64,000 nucleotides of DNA. Source: Octopus sinensis (Eukaryota). Below, piece after piece: positions 51,208 to 63,638 of this stretch. The DNA lies in contig NC_043023.1 of assembly GCF_006345805.1 (NCBI RefSeq), positions 20,584,001-20,648,000 of the forward strand. The letters are read 5' to 3'. The notes under the pieces were generated by a model that saw only the letters and a program-made list of their open reading frames with translations, did no database searches and had not been told where the DNA came from. Position 1 is the first letter of the stretch, and each line of letters begins with the position of its first letter. Made by a program: the position numbers and the translations under genes.

Positions 51208-51518
51208 GGGGTGGCTGTGTGGTAAGAAACTTGCTTCTCAACCACATGGTTCTAGGTTCAGTCTCACTGTGTGGCACCTTGGGCAAGTGTCTTCTACTAT
51301 AGCCTCGGGTTGACCAAAGCTTTGTGAGGTTATTTGGTTGATGGAAACTGAAAGACCCTGCTCCACTATCGTTTGATAACTGATGTTGGTGTGTTTATGT
51401 CCCTATAACTTAGTGGATCAGTAAAAGAGACTGATAGAATAAGTCTTGGGTTGATTTGTTTGACTTAAGGTGTTGCTCCAGTATGGCTGCAATCAAATGA
51501 CTGAAATGAGTAAAAGAA

Positions 51519-51520
<2 letters not shown>
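51208..51520 (+). mobile_element. SINE family B, diverged
   Basis: Head, CORE-like region and tail. Confidence 0.78.
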
Positions 51521-51585
<65 letters not shown>

Positions 51586-51592
<7 letters not shown>

Positions 51593-51895
51593 ATCACCGT
51601 GACTGACCAGGCTATCAGATGTTGCTACACATCACTGGTCACAATGCGCTTCACATTGTTATAGCCTTCATATAACTCCACCCCGCTGGCAAAGCGAGTA
51701 GGCCAACAGAAGGAAGAGCGAGAGAAAGTTGTCGCGAAAGAGTACAGCAGGGATCGCCCCCCCCCCCCTGCTGGAGCCTCGTGAAGATTTAGGTGTTTTC
51801 GCTCAATAATTACTCACAACGCCTGGTCTGGGAATTGAAACTACGATCCTACGACCGCAAGTCCGCTGCCCTAACCACTGGGCCATTGCACCTCC
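51586..51895 (-). mobile_element. SINE family C
   Basis: Same consensus, reverse strand. Confidence 0.85.
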
Positions 51896-52360
51896 ACACA
51901 CACATATATCTCTATATAAAACTGAATTGCGTTTTTACCGCTTGTATATATATAAAAGAGAGAGATGCCACTGTGGTTGACTTTGCCCTGTGTCCTTTTG
52001 GAGTTGATAAAATGTGTACCGGTCAAGCGCTGGGGTCAATGTAATCAACTGCCAGCCTCATCCCAAATTTCAGGACCTGTGTTTATAGTAGAAAAGATGT
52101 GGGTTTGGGTGTGTCTTTCTCTCTCATATATTTTTGTATTCTCTTGTCTGATTACGCAAGCCTGGGGGGGCAGTGAAACTGTTCACTATGACAGAGTTCT
52201 AATAATTCTTTCAATATCAAGAGCTCTCTTGTAGCCACACCTGTTTCTCTGTTTGTTTGCTGACCTATAATAACGTGGCATTGCAGTGAAATGTGTGCTT
52301 TAGTCTCTATAATTAAGTGATTTTTGATAGCACAGGTACATGAATCATCATCATCATCAG

Positions 52361-52750
52361 GCGCCGGAGTGGCTGTGTGGTAAGTAGCTTGCTTACCAAC
52401 CACATGGTTCTGGGTTCAGTCCCACTGCGTGGCACCTTGGGCAAGTGTCTTATACTATAGCCTCGAGCCGACCAAAGCCTTGTGAGTGGATTTGGTAGAC
52501 GGAAACTGAAGGAAGCCTGTCGTGTATATGTATATGTGTGTGTGTATGTTTGCGTGTCTGTGTTTGTCCCCCTAGCATTGTTTGACAACCGATGCTGGTT
52601 TGTTTACGTCCCCGTTACTTAGCGGTTCGGCAAAAGAGACCGATAGAACAAGTACTGGGCTTACAAAAGAATAAGTCCCGGGGTCGAGTTGCTCGATTAA
52701 AAGCGGTGCTCCAGCATGGGCGCAGTCAAAATGACTGAAACAAGGAAAAA
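52361..52750 (+). mobile_element. SINE family B
   Basis: Full consensus. Confidence 0.88.
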
Positions 52751-52757
52751 ATAAAAA

Positions 52758-53240
52758 TCATCGTTTAATGTCCGCTTTCCATGCTAGCATGGGTTGCATG
52801 GTTCAACTGGGGTCTGGGAAGCCAGGAGGCTGTGCCAGGCCCAGTCAAATCTGGCAGTGTTTCTACGGCTGGATGCCCTTCCTAACGCCAACCACTCCGC
52901 GAGTGTAGTGGGTGCTTTTTACGTGCCACCCGCACAGGAGCCAGACGGAGCTGGCAAACGGCCACGAACGGATGGTGCTTTTACGTGCCACCAGCACGGG
53001 GGCCAGGCGGGGCTGGCAACAGACATGAACGGATGGTGCTTTTACGTGCCACCGGCACGGGGGCCATGCGGGGCTGGCAACGGCCACGAACGGATGGTGC
53101 TTTTATGTGCCACCGGCACGGGGGCCAGGCGGGGCTGGCAACGGACATGAACGGATAGTTCCTTTACGTGCCACCGGCACGGAGGCCAGACGGGGCGGTG
53201 CTGGCAACGGCCACGAACGGATGGTGCTTTTTACGTGTCA
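52758..53240 (-). mobile_element. family D retroposon with an expanded array of about 61-bp sub-repeats
   Basis: Six units, motif at 52920, 52982, 53043, 53104, 53165, 53232. Confidence 0.85.
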
Positions 53241-53251
53241 CATATATATGT

Positions 53252-53536
53252 GGAGGCTCAGTGGTTAGGGCAGCGGACTTGCGGTTTTAGGATCGCGGTT
53301 TCGATTCCCAGACCGAGTGTTGTGAGTGTTCATTGAGCGAAAACACCTAAAGCTCCACGAGGCTCCGGCAGGGTGTGGTGGTGATCCCTGCTGTACTCTT
53401 TCGCCACAACTTTCTCTCACTCTTTCTTCTGTTGGCCTGCTCGCTTAGCCAGCGGGGTGGCGTCATTCGAAGGCTATAACAATGCAAAGCGCATTGTGAC
53501 CAGCGATGTGTAGCAACATCTGATGGCCTAGTCTGT

Positions 53537-53545
<9 letters not shown>
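53252..53545 (+). mobile_element. SINE family C
   Basis: Same consensus. Confidence 0.87.
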
Positions 53546-53582
<37 letters not shown>

Positions 53583-54217
53583 TTATGATGTATGTAAACA
53601 AATTTTGCTTTTTTAGAAGTGTTGAGATGTATTGAAATATAGAGAAATGGAAATATTTTTACTCTCAAACGCAGAATAATAATGGTGAATAGAATAAATA
53701 GGATAGAACATCCTTATATTGCAGAAAAATTTGTTAGCAACCAGCCATAAGACTAGAACTACTGAAATGCCCTTTGCACCATTTCTGTATCAGTGAGGAT
53801 GTGTGGGTCGGAGCCCAGTCTTGAATGAAGATGTAATTAATGGTCACCAAAGGTTTCTGTGACCCAGGATAACACTTTCTTATCCAACATTTTCACATAC
53901 ACTTTACTGTTGACCTTGATGCCAGCATCGATGAACATCAAGGGAGACTTGGACCCATTGGATACAACTGTGACCCACACCATGAGTGAAACTGGCTACT
54001 GATGGCATAAATGACCCCTGCTACCTTGGAGCTTGTCTTCTGCATTATGTGCATAAAGCCTGTCGTTCTGTCTGTTGGTAACTGCCCCCGCAGTGAAGAT
54101 CTTCTCGTCAGACCAGATCACGCTTCATCTCAACTAACCTGGTTTTACCCCGGTTTATCCATTCCTTCTTTGAAGTTACGGAGATGTACTTGCATAGCAA
54201 GTGACTTGATCTGAGAT

Positions 54218-54475
54218 GTGAAAGGTAGGAGAGTCCAGTTTGCTGGACATTGTTGTAGAGCTGAAAACGAGGCAATTTCTACTCTTCTCCTCTGGAAGCC
54301 ATCTGCTCGCAATACCAGAGGGCGCACACTCTCCTACCCTGATGTAATCTCCAGGGATTCAGGCATCCAGCAACAGGACCTCCGTAATGCCATGATGGAC
54401 CGTGAAGTCTGGTGTAGCATGGTAAATTCCATTGTCTCGACAACGGTCGAACAATGATGATGATGATGATGAGAC
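54218..54475 (+). mobile_element. RTE-clade LINE 3' end with (ATG)n tail
   Basis: RRVQFAGHCCRA...LLWKP...RGR...AMMDREVW. Confidence 0.82.
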
Positions 54476-54503
54476 CGTGTGCTTAAACGAAAACAATCGC
54501 AGC

Positions 54504-54761
54504 GTGGAAGGTGTTTGTAAGCCATTTAAGAAACACACAAAAGCCGTTCGATTCACTTCAACATTAAAGTTTAATTTGTCAAAATATTTTGGTCGCTTTA
54601 AGACCGCGACCTGTTCACTGACGGATGCAGCACGGAATTTTGTCAGTGAACAGGTCGCGGTCTCAAAAGCGACGAAAATATTTTGACAAATTAAACTTTA
54701 ATGTTGAAGTGAATCGAACGGCTTTTATGTGTTTCTTAAATGGCTTACAAACACCTTCCAC
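54504..54761. mobile_element. long foldback element, arms about 119 bp, loop 19 nt
   Basis: 54504-54622 pairs with 54642-54761 with few mismatches. Confidence 0.9.
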
Positions 54762-54764
54762 TCT

Positions 54765-55175
54765 CTCTTTTACTCTTTTTACTTGTTTCAGTCATTTGAC
54801 TGCGGCCATGCTGGAGCACCGCCTTTAGTCGAGCAACTCGACCCCGGGACTTATTCTTTTGTAAGCCCAGTACTTATTCTATCGGTCTCTTTTTGCTGAA
54901 CCGCTAAGTGGCGGGGACGTAAACACACCCAGCATCGGTTGTCAAGCAATGCTAGGGGGACAAACACAGACACACAAACACACACACGCACACATATATA
55001 TATATATATACATATATACGACAGGCTTCTTTCAGTTTCCGCCTACCAAATAAACTCACAAGGCTTTGGTTGGCCCGAGGCTATAGCAGAAGACACTTAC
55101 CCAAGGTGCCACACAGTGGGACTGAACCCGGAACCATGTGGTTGGTTAGCAAGTTACTTACCACACAGCCACTCC
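54765..55175 (-). mobile_element. SINE family B
   Basis: Full consensus. Confidence 0.88.
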
Positions 55176-55729
55176 ACGCTGCAATTGTTCTTTGAAGTTG
55201 CCGAAATTAAACTGCCAGGATTGTTTTGTGTGCAGTTATCTTTAAATCCTCTTTAAAAATCTTGTGCATTGATGATTTCGAAATATCAAAAGCTTTTGCA
55301 GTTTTCTTGCACTCTTGTGGGGATTTCGGTTCATTCGTTTCTTCACAGCTTCAACAGTTTGTTTGGTACAGATTGATAATTTCCTACGAGGAATTGGCTT
55401 GCTACAGGTAGTAGTAGTAGTAGTAGTAGTAGTAGCTTGAACACTGTTTCACAGTACACATTCGACTATTTTGTTCTGTCTTTGTTGCTCACTCCAGCTG
55501 TTTTCAAATTAACAATCTGCTCATTCCAGCTGTTTAACATTTTGCGTTCAATGCCATGTCTGTTTACAAACCTGTTATACACTCAAATGCAACAATAGAC
55601 ATCGGAACAAAAGACATAAGCAAATCCCTATGTAAACTGGAGATAATATTACCTGAACCAGTATTCATAGGAAGAGTTTTAAACATGGGTAAATCTCTCT
55701 GGGACACCCTGTATATATAAGGATCCTAT

Positions 55730-56000
55730 CATCATCATTGTTCGACCGTGGTCGAGACAATGGAATTTACCATGCTACGCTAGACTTCACGGTCCATCAT
55801 GGCATTACGGAGGCCCTGTTGCTGGATGCCTGTATCCCTGGAGATTACATCAGGGTAGGAGAGTGTGCGCCATCTGGTATTGCGAGTAGATGGCTTCCAG
55901 AGGAGAAGAGTAGAAATTACTTCTTTTTCAGCTCTACAACAATGTCCAGCAAACTGGACTCTCCTACCTTTCACAAGAGATGACACAGGTGGTAATTTCC
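55730..56000 (-). mobile_element. RTE-clade LINE 3' end, same family, inverted
   Basis: KLPPVSSLVKGRRVQFAGHCCRAEKEV...MMDREV. Confidence 0.82.
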
Positions 56001-57179
56001 TAAGTTGGTAATTCACAAGATAGAAAATGCTTTTATGCTTAGCACCATCCGAACGTGGTCGATGCCAGACCCCTCTGGCACCTGTGCAGGTGGCACGTAA
56101 AAAGCACCCACTACACTCGCGGAGTGGTTGGCGTTAGGAAGGGCATCCAGCTGTAGAAACACTGCCAGATCAGACTGGAGCCTGGGGCAGCCCCTGGCTC
56201 CCCAGACCTGAGTCGAACAGTCCAACAGGTGCTAGCGCGGAAAACGGACGTTAAACGATGATGATGATGATGATATCGAAGCAGAATAATTATTTTGGAC
56301 AGAATTAGAGAATATTAAAAAATTTTTTAGTCTGTTTCAAGTCTGGAGCTGGTGAGAATCCAGATGTTGTTTGGATTTGAAACTAATTGTTGTCACCCTT
56401 CTGTCCAGGTAGTTTATTATATTTCTGTTTAAATAATAAAAGGTACAGGTGTGGCCGGGTGGTAAGAAGCCTGCTTTGCAGCCAAACAGTACCAAGTTCA
56501 GTTTCACTGCGTGGCATCTTCGACAAGAGTCTTCTACTATAGCTTTGAGAGTGGATTTAATTGATGGGTGCTGAAAGGAGTCTGTTGTACATGAGTGTGT
56601 GTGTGTGTGTATGTTTGTCCCCCTGCCATCGCTTGACAACCGATGTTGGTGTGTTTATGTCCCTGTAACTTAGTAAAAGAGGAAAATAATATGTATATCT
56701 TATTTTATTTATTTTTACTTGTTTCAGTCATGAGACTGGGGCCCATGTTTGAGCAACGCCTTGAAGAATTTCTTGAGTTAAACGAATCGACCCCACTGCA
56801 TATTTTTATTTTTCAAGCTTGGTACTTAAAAATCATGGTTAGAGGCCTTGGTCTTGGGACCACTCATGAGGTAAGCAAGGGCATGCTCTCTCTAGAAAAT
56901 CCAGCTCCAAAAAAGCCTCGTGAGAGCAAAGGAGAATGGGCACCAGCCAGCCCAAAGGTTGGGGTGGGCTGCACCCGTCTACCTTGGTTGCTGTGGCATT
57001 GAGGTAGATCCAACCACCCCCATTAACGGGGACAAAACCCTGATTTAAAACACTTGATGATGATGACTTATTCCATTGGATTCTTTCCCCAAACTGCAAG
57101 TTATGTGGACGTAATCAAGCCAATACCAGTTGTCGAGCAGTGACCAGGGACAAACATACACTCATATATTATACATAAT

Positions 57180-57708
57180 AATGATGAAATTAATTGTATA
57201 CAGTGCTCAGGTGCACCACAACTTGTCAGAAAGTGCATATAAAGCATATGCAGTAATGTAAAAATGTCTGGAAAGCGAACAATGCATGAGTCAGATACAT
57301 GCTTGTGTGTGTATGGAGGGGAGAAAATCAGGTGTAGTGTTGGCGAATCTCAGAAAGCATGGAAGTTTTGAAGGATGCAGTGCTCCGACAACTAACAACC
57401 GATGCCGGCAGTTTGTTCCATGCTTCAGCAACTCTCAGCGTGAAAAAATGTTTCCTGAAGTCATGGGAGCTGTGCCGTTTTCTGACTTTGTAAATATGTC
57501 CACGGGTGTTAGACGGGGAGAGCTTGAAAAGGTGCTCAGAGTTATTGTTTGTAAGATGGTTGATAATTTTATGGGTGTCTGCCAAGTCAGCTGCCAGACG
57601 TCGGAGTTTCAATGTGTCCATGCCCAGGGAAGTAAGGCATTCAGGATATGGCAAATGCCTGATGGAGGGTATTCTTTTGGTTGCACGTCGCTGAACAGCT
57701 TCCAGACG
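57180..57708 (-). mobile_element. CR1-clade LINE 3' fragment nested in a family B SINE
   Basis: LEAVQRRATKRIP...LKLRRLAADL...FFTLRVAEAWNKLP; SINE tail to the left, SINE head to the right. Confidence 0.87.
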
Positions 57709-58206
57709 ATGGGCTTCTTTCAGTTTCTGTCTGAAATCCATTCACAAGGCTTTGGTTAGCCTGAAGTTATAGCAAAAGACACTTGTCCTAGGTACCATGC
57801 AGTGGGACTGCGCTTGGAACCATGTGGTTGGGGAGCAAACATCTTGATACACAGCAATACTTATGTTTATAGTGTGTGTGTGTGTGTGTGTTTGTCATTA
57901 ATATTTCCATTTTAGCGTCCCCTTTTCTATGCCAACGAGGGTCAGGTGGAATGTGTTGAGGTTGATCTTCTGCAACTGGATACCCTTTCTGTCACCAAAC
58001 CTCACCTGTTTCCAAACAAGGTAATATTTCCCCCCCCCCCCCGCTGGCCTGGTGTGTTTTTACTTGGAAGATTGGAAATGGAACACCTCGCTTGTATGGC
58101 TGGGATGTTCGTTTACAGCCATCGCATGATGTCAAGACACACACACACACATCAATTCATGTAAGACTCTTCAAATTTATAATGCCCTTTCACGTTCTTG
58201 TTACAG

Positions 58207-58284
58207 GACTGGCAGCCACCATTTGCAGTAAATGTGGACACATTTACATTTGTGCCTCGGATACAGAAGTTGAATGAGTTGGAG
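58207..58284 (+). CDS. KDM5: KDM5/lid coding exon 2
   Basis: ttacag acceptor, 78 nt phase 0-0, [26 protein letters not shown], donor GTTTGT; continues exon 1 as in KDM5 proteins (KIRPP-DWQPPF...PRIQRLNELE). Confidence 0.92.
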
Positions 58285-58394
58285 GTTTGTTGTTTTACTC
58301 TTTACTATTGCCGTTGTTGTTGTTGTTGTTTTCGTTATTGTTTACTGCCCCACCCCAGACCTGTCCTCTTTACAGGTGTTCTGTTGCTGCTTGT

Positions 58395-58733
58395 TTGTTT
58401 GTTGAGCGAAGCGGTCTTCGTCCCAGAGCTCGCAAGATCGCGCCTCATGGTCCTTTGCTATTCGTAAGACCCGCAGAAGAGAAAGCAGGTCAACCCCCCC
58501 CCCCCCCCCCGACACCGAGAGCATCGACGGATGGATGAATGCGCATCCAGGCTCAGCGGTTGCGTAGGAAGTCGGGGACAAGAAACAGGAAGAAAGAGTG
58601 AGAGAAAGTTGGAGCCTCATGGAGCTTTAAGTGTTTTCGCTCAATAAACACACACAACGCCCGGTCTGGGAATTGAAACCGTGATCCTCCGACCGCGAGT
58701 CCACTGCCCTAACCACTGGGCCATTGCGCCTCC
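58395..58733 (-). mobile_element. SINE family C, alternative-tail variant
   Basis: Homologous to 10620-10973; (AAC)n-rich tail toward exon 2. Confidence 0.83.
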
Positions 58734-59426
58734 TTTCTGTTGCTGCTTGTTCTGAGGAAATAAAATCGATCGAGGGGCAGATACATGTGACCTTGTTAGA
58801 AATAATGATTAAGATAACCTTTTGTCTCGTACTGGTTTCAGTCATCAGACTGTGGCCATGCTGGGGCACCACTTCAAGGGTTTTTAGTTGAATGAATTGA
58901 TCCCAGTACTAATTTAAAAAAAAACTTGGTTGTTATTTTAACGGACTCTTGTTGAACTGCTAAGTTACCGAGATGTAAACATATCAACAAGCTGTGGTGG
59001 GGGACAAACACAAAATCTCCCTTGATGGGCTTCTTTCAGTTTCCACTCACAAGGCTTTTGTCGGCATGAGGCTATAGTAGATGACACTTGCCCAAGGTGC
59101 CACGCAGTGGGACTGAACACCCTTAATTCCTCTGTCCCCACTTTGAGGTATCCCTGGGACACCCCATCGCTGCCATTTATCTCTTTCCAACTCCACTCGG
59201 TCATTCCTACCCTCTGTTCTGCTCTGGTCCTCTTCTCTCATCATTTAATTCGTCTCCTGGCATAGGGGTTTCTTTTGCAAGCTGCCTGGTGTCCTTACTA
59301 CTGCTTTGTCATCTTAGTCCTAGATCCACGCATACTGTTGGCCTATATGCTGGGCAGTGAGATGTCCCCAATAATAGTTGCCTGCATCTTTCCAGGTGAC
59401 GCTAAGTTGCTTCAGATCTTCTTTAA

Positions 59427-60514
59427 TCCTTTCGTTACCAAACCGCCCAAAGCCGCCCTAAAAAAAATTTTGGTTAATGTGACCAAACCGCCCAAAACCG
59501 CCCGAATTTACCTATTCATATTTAAATGAGAATATCAGAGCAAATCTCTTTAGTACATTCGTGAAAACATGTATTATACTTCGTAAACAGTTCAACTACA
59601 GTTTTGTACAAAAATCGAAGTGTAATTTTAATTCCGTGAATTTTGGGAGATTTTTTTCTGAAATTTGTTCCTATTGTGTTTTCAAAATTTGTAATTCTGA
59701 CAAAAAATGGATACGAATTTCATTATATCAAGCAGCGAGTCAGAATTCGAAGGATTTTCTACTGAAGACCTTCATAAATCTAACTCTATGACTGAAAAAA
59801 AAAAAGCATGTGGTATTTGATAATGAATCTGATGTTTCATTTTCCGAAAGTGAAAACAGTGAATCCGAGTGCTCCGACAGCGATAAGAAAAATGAATTGG
59901 CACCTGAATGGAGTGAAAATTTAAAAACTGTTTCTTTCGGTGATTTTTCTGAAGAAACTGGACCAAGCCACAGACTTTCCCAGAAGGGTAAAGCCTTAGA
60001 CTATTTCTTTCTACTTTTTCAAATGAGCCTATTTGAAATCATTACGGCGGAAACGAACCGTTACGCTAAATGTAAACAAAGCGAAAGAAAGGATAGTTAG
60101 TGGTTTCCCACAACCTTAAATGAAATTAAGACTATTTTGCCATAAATATTATTATGGGTATCAGAAAGTTACCCAGAATAACAAATTCTATCGTAAAATT
60201 TTGTTGTATACCTAATTGAATATTAGCTAATAACCCATTTTCTATAGCGATGTTTGAACAAAATTTTAATAATTTTATATTTTGTTGAATTTACCTGTAT
60301 CTACCTGCAATTAGAGTCACTTTGTGACAAAAATTATAGTATAGAATTGGTTGAGAATATTCCATTAAATTATCTTCCAAAAATCAGATTAATATATTGA
60401 TAAATAAAAAAGTTATAGTTGTTAAATGAAACCAGACTAAATTTATGATTATGTAAGAAATTAATTGAAACACATAAGGGGTGTATTTTGGTCAGAAATA
60501 TAGTAACGATAGGG
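59427..60514 (+). mobile_element. internally deleted piggyBac element with transposase remnant
   Basis: TTAA TSDs at 59423-59426 and 60515-60518; TIR (T/C)CCTTTCGTTACC / AGTAACGATAGGG; acidic N-terminus then DYFFLLF...ETNRYA...WFPTTLNEI. Confidence 0.87.
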
Positions 60515-60529
60515 TTAAAGGTGGCACAT

Positions 60530-60640
60530 TATTTCTTCTTGGGTGTCCCTCTTGTGGTACCCATTGTGCAGCTGTCTTGGGTCGTCCTTCTGGCAGTCAG
60601 GGAACATGACCTGCAAATCTCGCCCTTCTTGGGACTTTAG
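60530..60640 (-). mobile_element. degenerate RTE-like LINE fragment
   Basis: RFAGHVP*LPEGRPKTAAQWVP. Confidence 0.5.
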
Positions 60641-62561
60641 GCTGTTGGCTTGAAAAGAGAACCTAGTGCATGCTGTGGGGTGGTCGATGTTAGGAAGGGC
60701 ATCCAGCCAAAGAAACCATGCCAACCAAAACCGTTGGAGCACAGCGCTGACTTTGGACCTGTTGGACCCTGTAAAACAGTCCAACCCATGCCAGCGTGGA
60801 TCATGGGTGTTAAATGATGATATGCTTAAGGGCAAGAAGTTCACTTTGCAACCATGTGGTTTTGGTTTCAGTTCCATTGCATAGCACCTTGTGTAAGTGA
60901 CCCCGCGTGGGCACTTAGTTGGCACTGCACAGGTGCTTTTACGTGATACCACAATAGTCAATAGAATAGATACAAATTTAAAACATTTACTCTTTCTTTC
61001 GGCCTGGTACTAAATGATCCCTAGTGGTTGATGCCCCCTGCCTCAATGAATACTTCTATCATTTGTCCCACCATCACACCTCCCTCTCATTCACTATCAA
61101 TCGTGCCTCGATCACCCTTGTTTTCCCTTCTCTTAGGTGGTGAATAAGCAAACAGGGCAGTGGGGTTGCGAGATCCTTTAGTTTTGACAAGGATGCAACA
61201 ACCTCTCTTGTGCTGGCATCACAGAAAATGCATCCAGTTTATTTCGTAAACTGGTCAATTTTAGGAAAGGCATCAAGCCATAGAAATACAAGCAAGATGG
61301 GATCGCTCCCTGTTCAACTGTTCAGGGTGAGCAGACTCATAGAACCCATGCTGACATGATAATATACTACACACCTTCTGTTTTAATTTTAGTTTGCATG
61401 TACATATAAGAGCACCATCCGAGTGTGATCGTTGCCAGAGCAGTTAACTGGCTTCCGTGCCGGTGGCATGTAGGAGGCACCATTTGAGTGGGGTCATTAC
61501 CAGCATCGCCTTACTGGCACCTGTGCCATTGGCATGTGTAAAAAATTTGAGTGAGGTCGTTGCCAGTACTGCCTGACTGGCCCCCATGCCGGTGGCACGT
61601 AAAAGCACCCACTACACTCTCGGAGTGGTTGGCGTTAGGAAGGGCATCCAGCTGTAGAAACTCTGCCAGATCAAGACTGGAGCTTGGTGCAGCCATCTGG
61701 TTCGCCAGCTCTCAGTCAAATCGTACAACCCATGCTAGCATGGAAAGCGGACGTTAAATGACAATGCTGATGATATAAGGTGTCCTCAGTGAGTTTAGTG
61801 CTTGCAACAGATTGATGTTGCTTTTGTAGAATATGAAACTTTTCTGTTTTCTGTCATGGGAACTTGTGGCTTAGGGGTTAAAGTGTTGGACTCATGATAC
61901 TAAGATTCTGGTTTTGATTTGTGTTCTGGATGATGCGTTGAGTTCTTGAACAAAACATTTCATTTCTTGGTCTGTGTCCTGTCCAGTGAAGAATATACGA
62001 AAACCAGGAAATGGGCCCTGTGAATCTGTGTCTCGGGAAGGATCCGACTGTGTGTCGCTTAAAGAATATATAGTGTTTGCGAGTGGAGAAAGCTTTCGTC
62101 AACAGCCAGTGATTGTCTCACACTGAGGATGGGTAACCACCTAGAAACCGTGGTCTGTGAGTATCACGTAAGGCTGGAGATGGGAGTGATGACCTAAACA
62201 CTATATTTACATAGGCTGTTTGTCGGCAGCCAGCTGGAAAAGATGTTTTCCTGGGGCTTCAACAACAGTAACATTGTCCTTTATAGGACTGCCACATTCT
62301 GTTGGCAAATAAATTTTACTATTCTTGCTGAGAGATTTAAAACAACCTTATTCTTTTATTATCCTAATTTGGTCAACTTTAAGCCCTCACTGTCTCTTTA
62401 CCAGTTGATTTATCTGACTAGTATAGACTTTTCAGAGCTGGCCCATCATGCTATCTTCACACCATGTAACACGCTTCAGATTGTGCAACTTTCCCTGCAC
62501 CCTAAACAACACTCTCCGTCACTTGGTCCTTATAGCTCTGCGATTAGCTGGCTTGTTGGTG

Positions 62562-62962
62562 CAGGAGTGGCTGTGTGGTAAGTAGCTTGCTAACCAACCA
62601 CATGGTTCCGGGTTCAGTCCCACTGTGTGGCACCTTGGGCAAGTGTCTTCTGCTATAGCCCCAGGCAGACCAAAGCCTTGTGAGTGGATTTGTTAGACGG
62701 AAACTGAAAGAAGCCTGTCGTATATATGTATATATATATATATGTGTGTGTATGCTTGTGTGTCTGTGTTTGCCCCCTAGCATTGCTTGACAACCGATGC
62801 TGGTGTGTTTACGTCCCCGTCACTTAGCGGTTCAGCAAAAAGAGACCGATAGAATAAGTACTGGGCTTACAAAGAATAAGTCCCGGGGTTGAGTTGCTCG
62901 ATTAAAAGGCGGTGCTCCAGCATGGCCGCAGTCAAATAACTGAAACAAGTAAAAGAGTAAAG
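62562..62962 (+). mobile_element. SINE family B
   Basis: Full consensus. Confidence 0.88.
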
Positions 62963-63297
62963 AGTATACCTGTTAGGATATATACTTCCACCTGTGACCC
63001 ATGGGAGAGAGTTATGTGGGTGGCTGAAACCACTGTCTTGGCTATATGCCAGCCACATCCCACACAACGCTCAAACCCAGGGTCACTTGTAATTGTACTG
63101 CATTTTCTCGGGGCAAGGGATATGGCCTACACCACTCAAGTCCATCATTTGAAATTTGGACGATACCTTTGTGCAGCATCCTGCCTACAAACCCATTCTT
63201 GCCTCCAAACTGTAGCTGACTCTTCCAGTTTCATGCGAGAACTGGTTCCTTTCTTTGTCGAACCCTCTCTCTCTCAGATCAAGTATTATATATATAA

Positions 63298-63598
63298 CTA
63301 GCAGTATCGCCCGGCGTTGCTCGGGTTTGTAAGGGAAATAATTATATAAGCATTTTTAGAGAGTTATAGCCAAAAAAAGCAAAAAAATGCATTAAAAATG
63401 GAAAAAAAATGATGGTAATTTCTTTTAAAAATCGTAGACTCATCGTAGACGCGCGCTAATACCCAGAAGGGCTCGATATGAAACACGACTATAAGATACC
63501 CGTTTTTGGTTAAACTGCACCACAAAATGTGGGAGTAGTTAGGAATCTAAATCAGAGGAGACAGACAGCACACAACCACTCTTTTATATATATAGATA
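63298..63598 (+). mobile_element. Helitron-like element, body type 1
   Basis: Homologous to 2021-2529 without the internal repeats. Confidence 0.65.
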
Positions 63599-63638
63599 TA
63601 TATATATCTGTAAAATAATATGTGACAATTATTCGGTA

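Larger units (their letters stand above)
24902..58206 (+). other. KDM5: KDM5 intron 1 (33,305 bp)
   Basis: GT..AG boundaries joining exons 1 and 2 in frame; no other KDM5-like peptide seen in between. Confidence 0.88.

Noticed and set aside
62095-62160. 5S rRNA or SINE3 remnant (also about 3255-3315)
   Set aside because: Only a box-C-like GGATGGG..ACC stretch matches; too short to call
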